Source: Chiloscyllium plagiosum
Taxonomy: Eukaryota
DNA: 22,824 nt
Direction: 5' to 3'
Assembly: GCF_004010195.1 (NCBI RefSeq)
Contig: NC_057750.1
Coordinates: forward strand, 15,663,821 to 15,686,644
The notes under the pieces are model-generated. The model was not told the origin of the DNA, did no database searches, and was given only the letters and a program-made list of their open reading frames with translations. Shown piece by piece: positions 9,167 through 19,259 of the stretch; positions within the stretch are counted from its first letter, which is position 1; every line of letters begins with the position of its first letter. The translations under genes were made by a program, and so were the position numbers.

Positions 9167-9725
9167 CGTTCCTTCAGTGTCACTGGGTCAAAATCCTAGA
9201 ATTCCCTCCTTGATTGTGGGTCTACCTACAGCAAATAACTGCAGTGGCTCAATGAAGTAACTCGCCACCACCATCTCAAGTGTATAGTTCTGGTCGCCCT
9301 ACTACAGGAAGGATATTATTAAATTGGGGAGGTTCAGAGAAGATTTTCAAGGGTGTTGCCAGGATCAGAGGGTTTGAGCTGTAAGGAGGTGCTGGATAAA
9401 ATGGGACTTTTTTCGCTGGAGAGTAGGAGATTGAGGGGGTGACCTTACAGAGGTTTATAAAATCATGAGGGGCATAGATAAGGAGAATAGCCAAGATCTT
9501 TTCCCGAGGGTTGGGGAATCCAAAACTTGAGGCCATAGGACCCACCATTACAGTGGTGCAGACATGAGAGGCTGAATGGCTGCCTCCTCCTCGTATTTCA
9601 CTTGTCCCTCAGCTAAGCAAATAGTCTGCCTCACCCTCAAAACCATCTTTGCAAGGGGCAAATAAGGGAGGGCAAATGAAATGCTGGCCTAGCCAGAAAC
9701 ACAGACATCCCTTGAATTAATAAAA
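9167..9725 (+). mobile_element. LINE 3' end (9167-9280 and 9650-9725) apparently split by a CR1 fragment
   Basis: ...CCACCACCATCTCAAG ending at 9280 appears to continue as CAAGGGGCAAATAAGGGAGGGCAAATGAAATGCTGGCCTAGCCAG at 9652. Confidence 0.5.
9281..9595 (+). mobile_element. CR1 ORF2 C-terminal fragment with 3' tail
   Basis: Degenerate FWSPYYRKDIIKL..VQRRF, GLFSLESRRLRG and DLTEVYKIMRGID, then a GGCTGAATGGCT tail. Confidence 0.85.
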
Positions 9726-9764
9726 TCAATCCCTGAAGACTTAATGTCCATGTCTTTTGTGTAG

Positions 9765-12700
9765 AGTATCAAGAGCATGTCGCCTGTCAAAAAAACCAAG
9801 AAATTAATGAAGGGGAAGGTCCTCAGCAAGGAAGAGGGAGACGTTGAACTGGACGTGCCGGTGGACGTAGAGTTTGCTTTCCCTAAATTCTCCACATTTA
9901 AGAGACTGACTATCACTTCCCCCAAGGAAGCAGCAGCTTTGAAAGGTGATGCCAAGTTCATCCATCCCGAGGTGGAAGCTGAACTCACTTTGGGAGAGGG
10001 TCAGGTCAAAGACAAGAAGAGAAAACTCAAGTTCCCAGGCTTCTGGCCCAGTGAGTCAGGGAAGGCCAAACTTGACTCCTTAGAGCCACCAAAGGAGAAA
10101 GGTGCTATCTCAGTAAAGGTGCCACAGGTCACACTGAAAGAACTTGAAGGCGCTGGAGTGGAGGTGAAGGCTGGAGCTAAAGTCCCCGCTCTCAATCTGT
10201 TATCTGCAACGAGAAAAGGGAAAGTAGATGTCCCCACTTCCAAAAGTAAAACTGAACTCAAGATGTCTGGTGGAGCGGAGGTATCTGCTGGAGGAGAAGT
10301 GCCTGAAGGTAAATTGATCCTTGGACTCCCAGCGAAAGCCCCTCAGGTTGAGATAGATATTGGCTTACCGAAAGCTGAAATCGACGTCAAAGGCCCATCA
10401 GTTGAAGAAGAGGGCAAAGGGCCCAGCTTTAAGCTGAAGATGCCGTCATTCGGGCTAAAGGACAGTGGGGTTGTAGATACGACGGGTCTCACCGGCAAAG
10501 TGGAAAGACGAGAAACTGAAGCTGACCCACAAGACAAACTGAAGATGCCTCAGATGTCGATGCCAAGCATTGACATCTCTGTACCAAAAATGAAACAAAC
10601 CGAAGAGGTGGATGTGCCTAAACGAGGCGTAGAAGTTGTTGTTGGTACTTATAAAGCAGAAGGTTTGGAGGGAAGAGTTAAAGAATTTGCTCACAAAGTC
10701 ACAACATTTGATGTTTCAGCCCCCAAAGTCAAGGTGCCCGATATTGACATCAGCCTGCCAAAGGCTAAAGCTGATGTTTCAGCCACAGATGTTAAGATCC
10801 TTGACGCTAGAACTGCGAAGTTTGAGGGCGAAATCCAGAAGTCAAAGATTGGTATCGAAGGGCCGGAGATCAAGTTGAAGATGCCAAAAGTATCGCTCCC
10901 AGACTTTGGCATCTCTGTCAAGGACAAGGAAGGTGGGGAAATGGAAGTTGAAGGCCCTGATGCCAAAGGTCCAGTGTTAAAGGTCCCAAAATTTGAAGTC
11001 TCGCTTCCCAAAATGAAACTGGGAGAAGCTGAGGTTGATGGGACCCCACCAACAACGGAGGCACGCGTGAAAGTTCCTGTGTCTGAGGGACAGGTTTCCA
11101 AGGCCAAAATGGACATCAAGGGCCCTCAAGTGGAAGGAGGTGAGGCAAAAATGAAACTGCCCTCAGTGAAAATGCCAACCATTGACATTGCAGCGCCAAA
11201 GGTAACAATTCCAGATGTTCACCTCCCAACTGGTAAAGTAGAGGTCTCTCCTCCATGCATTACAGCTGATTTGAAAATGCCCAAAGTCAGCGCGGGAGGG
11301 CCAAGGATTGATGGGCAAGGGCCTGAAGTGAGTTCTGAGGGTTTCGACCTGAAGATGAAAATGCCAAAGGTGTCCCTCCCGAAGTTTGATATCTCAATTG
11401 GTGGCAAAGAGGCTGAGGCAAAAGTGGATGGAAAACTAGAGGCAGCTGCTGAAGACACTAAGCTCAAAGGAATGAAGATCCCCAAATTTGAGGTGTCCCT
11501 CCCCAAAATGAAACAGGCAGAAGCTGAAACCGAGCTTCCAACTGAAGCAGATGTAAGTGGCTTTGATTTGATTGGAAAACTGCCATCCATCAAAATGCCA
11601 ACAATTGACATTTCAGCCCCTGAGATTAAGATGCCTGACATGAAGGCAGAGGTCTCAGCTCCGGCTGTCGAAGGTGGCTTCAAGCCTCCGAAAATTGGCA
11701 TTGGAGTCCCAAAGATTGACAAGCAACCTTTGGAATTGACACCAGAGGCCCTCGACCTGCAGTTGAAGATGCCAAAAGTGTCACTGCCAACCTTTGGCCT
11801 ATCAGCCAAAGATGTGGCAGGGGAAGCTAGTGGCCCTGAGGTGGACATTAAGGGGAAAATGCCGTCAGTCAAAATGCCAACTATTGATATCTCAGCGCCT
11901 GAGGTCAAAGTACCTGAGCTAAACATTGACATCTGCCTTCCGAAAGAAAAAGGAGAAACTGCTGAGCTTGCTGTCAGAGGGGATGCTAAGGTCTCTGGTG
12001 TTGGCTTTAAAGCACTAAAGGTTACCAGGGAGAGCCAAGTGCCTGGAATCACCCCAGCAGGCACTGATGCTATGTTTCAAATGCCAAAGGTATCACTTCC
12101 AAAGTTTGAAATTTCACTAAAGAGCAAAGATGCCGGAGAAGACGTTGACATGAAAGCAAAGGAAGGATTGGACGTTGAAGGTCTAGACGGGAGTGGAAGG
12201 AGTCCACAGCTTAAAATGCCCAAAGTGGCAGTGGCTCTTCCTAAGATTAAGTCAGATGAGGTTGACATATCTGGCCCAACAGTTGAAGCTGACACCAAAT
12301 CTGGCAAACGAGACGCTAAAGTATCAAAGGGTGAGGTCGAGGTGGAGGGAATTGAAAGTTCAAAGGTTAAACTGAAACTGCCATCAATGAAAATGCCATC
12401 CATTGATATTCCCACCTTTCAGACGGAGGGCCTGAATGTTGACATCAGTCTTCCTTCAGTGAAATCAAAGCCAGCTGCTGAAGGTGATTTCAAGACTGAC
12501 AGAGGTGGCATTGAAGGACCTGATGCCAAAGTGAAAATGCCCAAAGTGTCTCTGCCAAAATTTGGTTTGAAGAGCAAAGTGGACACGGAGGCAGATGGCA
12601 GCACACTGAAAGTTGACGGGAAAGCATCTTCGCCAGGAGCAAAGGGAAAAGTTCAAATCAAAAGTAAATCCCTTGACATTGGGATCAAAGGGCCTTCTGT

Positions 12701-15700
12701 CGATGTAGACACTGATGATGTAAAGCATAAAGGGAAGGAAGGCAAGCTTAAAGTTCCCAAGTTCAAAATGCCGACATTTGGAACACCCAAAAAATATGAA
12801 GAGGGTGTTGACGTCACCACCCCTGATGTTGAAACACGCACTTCAAAAGGCAAGCTTCAGGTTAAAGGAGCAGAGCTTGGAACAGGAAGCCCAGAGGGAA
12901 AAGGCAGGACTTCCAAATTTGGGATTTCAGCATTCAAAAGCAAATCCCTGGATACTGAAGTGAGTCTTTCCTCAGATACTAAGTTGTCAAAGGGGAAAGC
13001 TGAGGTGAAAGATCCTAGTGCCAGGATGAAAGCGCCTAAGATGGACATCAGCATTAAGGCTCCTGATCTGAGCACTGGAGCCCCTGACATCAAACTGAAG
13101 ATGCCTTCCTTCTCAATGCCCAGCATTGGTATATTGGGATCAAAAGTAGAAGCAGACCAGGAAGGGGGGACCAAGGCCACGTCTGGTACTTCTGATGCCG
13201 AAGTAGAAAGCAAGTTGAAAATGCCAAATATACAGATGCCAGCCATTGAAATTTCAGTGCCTCAGGTAAAACAGGCAGGCGTTGAAGGACTGTTGCAAAG
13301 GGAAGAGGTCGATGTCTCAGAAGTCGATCTGAAAACTTATGGGGGAGATTTAAAGATTCCAAAGGTGAAAGGTGAGATGCAGGACATGGAAGGGAAACAG
13401 AAGGCTCCGTTGGTGAAAATGCCATCCATCGACATTTCATTGCCCAAAGTGAAAGCTCCAGATGTCGACCTGAGTTTGTCCATGCCCAAGGTTGATGCCT
13501 CAGGGCGAAAGGTTGAAGGTGAGGCTACTTTACTAAGCGCTGAACCTGAAGATGGAGAATTCAAACTAAAAATGCCCAAGATTGGGATGCCCAAGTTTGG
13601 CATATCTGGGTCAAAGGAGAAAGAGACTGGTGTTGATATTTCGGCTTCTACAGATGATCATACAGAGGATCCTGAAGGTAAAGGGATTATGTTCAAAACA
13701 AGAATGCCTAAAGTTGACCTTTCTCTCCCCAAAGTTAAACCATCAGAAGCTGATATTGAGATGGATGCCTCTCTGCTTGAGGCTGAGGGACTTGATGCAG
13801 AAGGAAAATTCAAAATGCCTGGATTTACTCTTCCAAAGTTCTCACCACCGAAAATGGTGGCCCCAGAGCTGGACCTCAATATCCCGTTTTCCAAAGATAA
13901 AAAGATGGCTAGTGAGACAACAGAGGCCAAAACCGATACTCAGACTGCAGGGGGTGAATTTCAAATAAAGATCCCTCAGGTGTCTTTGCCTGGTTTTGGC
14001 ATTTCATCAGCAGAGGGGACCAGCACAAGTGTGGACGTCAGTCTTCCGACCGACAAAGTGAAACCAAAAGCAAAAGTAGAAATTAAAACCCCTCGGGTGG
14101 AGGGAGGGACTGAAGTAGAAAGCCCCGAGGGGAAGACCAAAGGGGGCAAAATCAAGATGCCCAAGTTGCAAATCAGCACCCCAAAGGCCAAGTCCGAAGT
14201 GGATGTGGCTGCAGCAAAAGAGGCTGCTAAATCTGGCACTGAAACAGAGGGAGGAATATTGAAATTGAGCCTGCCGAAATTTGGGATTTCACCAAAATCT
14301 ACTGAAACAGAAGTCGATTTAGAGCTACGGGGCTCGGATGGGAAGCTCAAAGAATCCAAAGCGAAAGGGTCCATGTTTGGCATCTCACTTGGGAAAGGCC
14401 ACAAGGGCGATGGTGAAACTCTGGGAGTTTCCAGGGTGGCCGAGGGAGCCTTCGAAGGAAATGGTGGCAGGAAGTCGGACAAGTTCAAGATTAAGATGCC
14501 GTCGGTCACCATCCCTGGCCCAAAAGTGGATGTCGATTTTGGCAGAGTTTCACCAAAAGGCAAAGTTACCGACCAAGAGGCCAAAGCTGCAGTGAAAGAA
14601 GCAGGGGGAGTCAGGATAAAAGGTGAGGTCCAGGCCCAGGAAGCGAGCTCAGAGAGTCCCGAGTCCCGATTTAAAATGCCCACATTGAGGATGCCAGATT
14701 TTAGCACTTCTGGCAACAAAGCCAGTCAGGTGACGGTGAGAACCAAGGTAATGCAGTCAGAAAAGGAAACCCGCAGATCGAAAGTTGAGGTGGATCTTGA
14801 GGGACCAGAGGCGGACGCAGATGGGAAGCTCCAGATGCTGAAGGTGAAGATGCCCAAAGTTGAGATTGGCTTGCCAGGAGAGGACTTGGACAGAGCCGGA
14901 AAAGCGGAGGTCAAAGCTGGAGCAGACGCATGGCAGATTGGCCAAGTGACTTCACAAGAAATATCTGCCAAGACGTTCTTCAAGATGCCTACTGTTGAGA
15001 TTTCAACACCCAAGATCGGAGATTCATCGTCTGGGGTGGAAGGAAGCGCCACTGAAATTGGCCTCCATCAACTGGGTGACAGAGGAGGCTCAGCGGAGGG
15101 GGAAACTGATGTCCTTCAGCTGAGAATGCCCAAGATTGAGCTGCCCTCGTTTGGCTCATTGGAACCCAAAGAGGGCAGTCAGGCACAATCGGGAGATCAA
15201 AGCAGCACAGGGGCTACCATGGGTTCCTCAGTGTCAAAGACTAAAATAGACTTTCAAGGGGCACAAGTGAGCATCAAAGGGTTGCAAGTTCTGAAAGGTT
15301 TCAAAGGTTCTGAAATGGAGGTGACTGGAGAAGAGCCAGATGCTTCAGAAAGCAGACTGAGCAAGCTGAAAGGGAAAATGTCAAAGTTCGGTGTGGAGTT
15401 GCCAAAAGTCACACAGCAAGAGGAGGTGAGGATGGCCCCTGGTGCGGTTAAGGTTGAGGGCACAGCAAAGGGAAGTTATACATCACTTAAGGCTGACATT
15501 GACTTGCCTGATGCAGAGCTCAGGGGATCTGAAGCAAAAACAAAAACTGACAAAGCCAGAAAGCAGGTGCTCGGCTTTGCAAAGGCCAGAATGAGAGGCA
15601 AGGACCTGACCGGCCATTTACCGGAAAAAGATATCAAAACGTCTTCACCCAAGGCCAAAGGACGTAGCAAATCGCCATCTGCGAAGGGGAACATTGGCAT

Positions 15701-16874
15701 TGGAACTCCACCAGAGGGCGATAATGCAGCGGTCAAAGTAAAAATGCCCAGTGTGAAGATGCCGAGCTTTGGAATCTCCTTGTCTAAAAGTAAAACTGCG
15801 GAGTTCAACGGAGGTTTGGAGGCTGACAGGTCCCCAAGAAAAGGAGAGGCCTGGAAGAAGGCTGCAGGAGCTGAGGAAAGTGATGACACGGATAGTTCGG
15901 ATGGGAAATCCAAAATGAAACTGAAGTTGCCCAAGATCAGTTTCACGCCTGTTAAAATACCCACGGTTGATGTTGCTTTGGGTGCACCTGCTTCACCTGT
16001 TGCAGGGAAATCAGGCGATGCCTCGGACCTTCATGTCAATGGAGAGGGTGAGATGGCTGGCAGCCAAGGCATGATGGGAAAAATCAAGCTGCCAAAAGTG
16101 GAATTTTCCTCGCCATACCTGAAAGCCAAAGACAGTGACTATGAACAAAGCCTCCAACTGGTCAAAACAGAAATGTCAGTGTCGAAAGATGATGCCGGGT
16201 CCAAGTCCAGTTCTGGCCCGTCTCCCAGGTCCTCATCCCCACGAATGAATGGAGAGGACGCAAAAGGCAAAGGACTGAAAATAACCTTCTCAGGCCTCCA
16301 AAAGAAAAGCCATGAAAGGGATGGAGAGCCAGATGGGTCAAATCTGGTGACATCAACAGCCAGGACTGAGATGGTTCTGCTGGAGTCCAGTGGGGATGCC
16401 AGACGTACCAAGACTAACAAGTCAAAATCCATAGTGGGCTTTACTTCAGGTAAATCCAAAGGAACGTACTCTGTTCACGGCACTGCATCAGGCCTCTCTG
16501 ACTCGGGGAAAGTGTCCAAACTAAAGAGCACCACAGACGGTCAAGGGGATGAGAAAGAAGAGTCAGAAATGAAGGATAAGTCCGCTAAATTCAAACTCCC
16601 CAAGTTCTCCCTTGGCCCCAAGTCTAAAGGGGTGTTGGACGTCACCACTACGGAATACGAAAACAATGTTATGTCAGAACTACAGCTCGACGATGATGAG
16701 TCCACAGAAAGACACTTTAAATTCCAAATGCCCAAAGTAGGCTTCACAACCATCTACCATGAGGAGCACATTTCTGAGGAGAAGATCTTTGAAGGGGAAG
16801 GTCCTGTCATGGGGTCGAAGGGCAAAAAACAGATGAAAATTGAAACTCTGACTGATAAGTCAATGAGCTTTTAA
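9765..16874 (+). CDS. PRX: Periaxin giant terminal coding exon (L-periaxin): basic domain, long KMP/SLP repeat region, C-terminal region
   Basis: Acceptor tgtcttttgtgtag ends at 9764. The phase-0 start SIKSMSPVKK...PVDVEFAFPKFS matches PRX NIQSLSPVKK...PVDVEFSFPKFS. The frame is open for 2369 codons to TAA at 16872-16874. The C-terminal KSAKFKLPKFSLGPK...FQMPKVGF resembles the PRX tail. The ORF-track ATG at 9777 is an internal Met. Confidence 0.93.
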   Translation, partial: SIKSMSPVKKTKKLMKGKVLSKEEGDVELDVPVDVEFAFPKFSTFKRLTITSPKEAAALKGDAKFIHPEVEAELTLGEGQVKDKKRKLKFPGFWPSESGKAKLDSLEPPKEKGAISVKVPQVTLKELEGAGVEVKAGAKVPALNLLSATRKGKVDVPTSKSKTELKMSGGAEVSAGGEVPEGKLILGLPAKAPQVEIDIGLPKAEIDVKGPSVEEEGKGPSFKLKMPSFGLKDSGVVDTTGLTGKVERRETEADPQDKLKMPQMSMPSIDISVPKMKQTEEVDVPKRGVEVVVGTYKAEGLEGRVKEFAHKVTTFDVSAPKVKVPDIDISLPKAKADVSATDVKILDARTAKFEGEIQKSKIGIEGPEIKLKMPKVSLPDFGISVKDKEGGEMEVEGPDAKGPVLKVPKFEVSLPKMKLGEAEVDGTPPTTEARVKVPVSEGQVSKAKMDIKGPQVEGGEAKMKLPSVKMPTIDIAAPKVTIPDVHLPTGKVEVSPPCITADLKMPKVSAGGPRIDGQGPEVSSEGFDLKMKMPKVSLPKFDISIGGKEAEAKVDGKLEAAAEDTKLKGMKIPKFEVSLPKMKQAEAETELPTEADVSGFDLIGKLPSIKMPTIDISAPEIKMPDMKAEVSAPAVEGGFKPPKIGIGVPKIDKQPLELTPEALDLQLKMPKVSLPTFGLSAKDVAGEASGPEVDIKGKMPSVKMPTIDISAPEVKVPELNIDICLPKEKGETAELAVRGDAKVSGVGFKALKVTRESQVPGITPAGTDAMFQMPKVSLPKFEISLKSKDAGEDVDMKAKEGLDVEGLDGSGRSPQLKMPKVAVALPKIKSDEVDISGPTVEADTKSGKRDAKVSKGEVEVEGIESSKVKLKLPSMKMPSIDIPTFQTEGLNVDISLPSVKSKPAAEGDFKTDRGGIEGPDAKVKMPKVSLPKFGLKSKVDTEADGSTLKVDGKASSPGAKGKVQIKSKSLDIGIKGPSVDVDTDDVKHKGKEGKLKVPKFKMPTFGTPKKYEEGVDVTTPDVETRTSKGKLQVKGAELGTGSPEGKGRTSKFGISAFKSKSLDTEVSLSSDTKLSKGKAEVKDPSARMKAPKMDISIKAPDLSTGAPDIKLKMPSFSMPSIGILGSKVEADQEGGTKATSGTSDAEVESKLKMPNIQMPAIEISVPQVKQAGVEGLLQREEVDVSEVDLKTYGGDLKIPKVKGEMQDMEGKQKAPLVKMPSIDISLPKVKAPDVDLSLSMPKVDASGRKVEGEATLLSAEPEDGEFKLKMPKIGMPKFGISGSKEKETGVDISASTDDHTEDPEGKGIMFKTRMPKVDLSLPKVKPSEADIEMDASLLEAEGLDAEGKFKMPGFTLPKFSPPKMVAPELDLNIPFSKDKKMASETTEAKTDTQTAGGEFQIKIPQVSLPGFGISSAEGTSTSVDVSLPTDKVKPKAKVEIKTPRVEGGTEVESPEGKTKGGKIKMPKLQISTPKAKSEVDVAAAKEAAKSGTETEGGILKLSLPKFGISPKSTETEVDLELRGSDGKLKESKAKGSMFGISLGKGHKGDGETLGVSRVAEGAFEGNGGRKSDKFKIKMPSVTIPGPKVDVDFGRVSPKGKVTDQEAKAAVKEAGGVRIKGEVQAQEASSESPESRFKMPTLRMPDFSTSGNKASQVTVRTKVMQSEKETRRSKVEVDLEGPEADADGKLQMLKVKMPKVEIGLPGEDLDRAGKAEVKAGADAWQIGQVTSQEISAKTFFKMPTVEISTPKIGDSSSGVEGSATEIGLHQLGDRGGSAEGETDVLQLRMPKIELPSFGSLEPKEGSQAQSGDQSSTGATMGSSVSKTKIDFQGAQVSIKGLQVLKGFKGSEMEVTGEEPDASESRLSKLKGKMSKFGVELPKVTQQEEVRMAPGAVKVEGTAKGSYTSLKADIDLPDAELRGSEAKTKTDKARKQVLGFAKARMRGKDLTGHLPEKDIKTSSPKAKGRSKSPSAKGNIGIGTPPEGDNAAVKVKMPSVKMPSFGISLSKSKTAEFNGGLEADRSPRKGEAWKKAAGAEESDDTDSSDGKSKMKLKLPKISFTPVKIPTVDVALGAPASPVAGKSGDASDLHVNGEGEMAGSQGMMGKIKLPKVEFSSPYLKAKDSDYEQSLQLVKTEMSVSKDDAGSKSSSGPSPRSSSPRMNGEDAKGKGLKITFSGLQKKSHERDGEPDGSNLVTSTARTEMVLLESSGDARRTKTNKSKSIVGFTSGKSKGTYSVHGTASGLSDSGKVSKLKSTTDGQGDEKEESEMKDKSAKFKLPKFSLGPKSKGVLDVTTTEYENNVMSELQLDDDESTERHFKFQMPKVGFTTIYHEEHISEEKIFEGEGPVMGSKGKKQMKIETLTDKSMSF

Positions 16875-17267
16875 CTGAAGGTCAGAAACAGCAAGGAGTG
16901 AGTTCCCGAGTAGACAGAGACTTGAGTGTTGTACAGATTTCCCTCACTTCCATCAAATTAACAGTGTTCCTGTGTTTCGGAGCAGACAGATAAAGGTGAC
17001 TGGACTACAATTTGACACAATACAGGCTGCAGTCTCCATGGACTAGCAATGGTAGTTCAAACTGTACTGTCCAATACTGTATGTTGTGATCACGCTGCTT
17101 GTGATCTTCTAATGGAGACTGTGCACAGAACGTTCACTATGACTAACGCTCACCAACATTCTTTCTCACATCCACTCACCCTTTAATTTTCTTTTGGTTC
17201 CTTCAAAACATTCTGCTTCAATTGATGATTTTCCTCAAGTATTGTGGTCTTACTATATTAATTATAG

Positions 17268-17299
17268 ATTAAAAGCCAAGGACTTAGCTACTGATTAAA
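17268..17299 (+). terminator. Candidate proximal polyadenylation signals (ATTAAA at 17268 and 17294)
   Basis: Two ATTAAA hexamers about 400 nt after the stop, with T-rich sequence downstream. Confidence 0.35.
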
Positions 17300-17385
17300 A
17301 GGTTTTTATGGACAATTGTTTTCATTTGGTCATGATTTAGGGTCTCTAGGAAGAAACCATTTATTCAGTCTTCAGGCAGAGTGAA

Positions 17386-17710
17386 GGGGTCACTTGGTGG
17401 GTTAGCACTGCTGTTTCACAGCGCAAAGGACCTGGGTTCAATTCCACCCTCGGGCAACTGTCTGTGTGGAGTTTGCACATTCTCCCTTTGTCTGCGTGGG
17501 TTTCCTCTGTGTGGTCCTGGAGATGTGCAGGTTAGGTGGATTGACAATGCTAAATTGCCCATAGTGTCCAGGAATCTGCAGCATAAATGGACTAACCATG
17601 GTAAATTCAGGGTTATTGGTATAGGATAGGGGGATTGGGTCTGGGTGAGATGCTCTTTGGAGGAGCGATGTGGAATCCATGGGCCAAACCCGACTGTAGG
17701 AATTCTGTGA
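17386..17710 (+). mobile_element. tRNA-derived V-SINE (HE1-like), near full length
   Basis: GGTTAGCACTGCTG head, B-box GGTTCAATTCC, V-domain TGTGTGGAGTTTGCACATTCTCCC...GCGTGGGTTTCC, then TAAATTGCCC and a LINE-derived tail ATGGGCCAAA. Confidence 0.88.
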
Positions 17711-18584
17711 ACAAACAGGAGGAAAGAAGAAGGTAAATGAATTTGAGTGAAAGTAAAATCTAGAGATTGAGTTAATTAGACAGGGTTCAAGAAGTGTATG
17801 AGCCCCAAAGGGTGAATAGGATGGCCAGTGAATTCCAATGGGGCGAACCAGCCCTGTCCTGTTTGCTTTGCCTTTGGCTTGAAGAGTTATTTCAAAGGGA
17901 TCTTGGCCAGTTGCAGACCATTTTATTCAACTGCAAAGTAGCTGTGTAAAGATGAGATGTCGTGTGGGAGGGAAGGTTCCAGCGGCGATCAAACTTTAAC
18001 TTGTTGTGTTTGTTTTACGTGGAGCAATGTGTAGACAGGCTGCAGAAGCATCTCAAAGCTCCCGAACAGGTAATGAAAAATTACCAAGAGCTCTTAAGGA
18101 GCCTAATTGAGCAAAGTTGAAGCATTTGTATGCCATTAATGGTCCTCATTAGCATATAGTCATGCAAAGTACATGTACGACCTGCTTTTGTAGTACAATT
18201 AGCCCTTTTCACGTGAAGGGTTAATGAGTGTAGCCAGTGACCAACCTAGATCAAAGTGGTGAGTGGGTGTCATTTTGCTTTTGATGTGTCCATTCAAACT
18301 CATTGGCTTTAGTTATTAGAAGACAGAAAATAAGCTGCCTAAAGTATAATATAACTGGAGGGTGTAGCAGCACCGAGATCACGTTAGGTAGACCCACCAT
18401 AGTCTATTGTGAAACCTTTGTGACAAACTCACTGACAGAATGAGACCGGATGACTTTATTCAACTGATGCAGAGGTTCAGAATGTTTACAGGACACGACC
18501 CGGTGAATAGGGACAAAAGGAAAGAGGTCATGCCAGACCTTTTGAGGCTCAGGCCTCAGCTGGATGGCTGGATGCAATCCTGAG

Positions 18585-18730
18585 TTCCACAGTTCAGGAA
18601 TGTTGGAAAGGATCTTGGAGAGGGTACAGAGGATGTTTACCAAGATGAAAACCAGGCACCAGGCACTTCTTGGGAAAGCTGAGGATTGATGTCCTGGAGA
18701 AAGTTCAGGGAGAGGCATACAGAACCAGGA
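18585..18730 (+). mobile_element. Highly decayed CR1 ORF2 C-terminal fragment
   Basis: TTGGAGAGGGTACAGAGGATGTTTACCAAGATG encodes LERVQRMFTKM, the CR1 LERVQRRFTRM motif. Confidence 0.55.
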
Positions 18731-19259
18731 GAGGCTACTGACGAAACAAGTGGCAAGAACCCTTCCCTTTGGTCAAGTTGATCAGTTCCCAGAGTTCAGA
18801 GAAGTGCAGTAATTCACAAGAGGAGAAAATGAGGAGAAACGGCAAGGTCTAATGATCCAGAATACACAGCTGACATCAAGCAGATTCCATGAAAATCGTC
18901 CAAAGGGCATCAATCATGTAGTTAAGAGGAACAATTGGCAGGATTAAAGGATAAAATATGGATGTGGAACAAAATTGGATCAGCACTCTCAAAGAGCTAG
19001 CACAAGCATCATCTGCAGAATAGTCTCTCTTTGTGCTATCAGATCCACAATTCTATCACCTGACTCAAACAGACCTTCAATGGCAGACATATGTTTCAAT
19101 GAAAGAAGTTACCAGTAACCACATGTACTTAATAGACATAGCTGAGAAGGTGTAGAGTTAAATGATAATTAATTAATGAAAAGATTGAATTCAGATGAAT
19201 GAACCCTCTTTGGTAGAAACGAAAGGCATTTTCTATTAATTTTATTTTGTGATCTAATC

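Noticed and set aside
9777..9779. ATG as the start of a standalone 2365-aa gene
   Set aside because: A splice acceptor at 9763-9764 and PRX homology 12 nt upstream show it is an internal Met.
9689..16753. Many antisense ORFs (up to 281 aa) opposite the giant exon
   Set aside because: They are shadows of the codon usage of the repetitive sense frame and show no independent protein motifs.
4854..16874. Calling the gene AHNAK or AHNAK2
   Set aside because: [38 protein letters not shown], the exon boundaries and the C-terminal tail all fit periaxin better.
17386..17460. tRNA gene
   Set aside because: The tRNA-like boxes are the head of a V-SINE and run straight into the SINE core.
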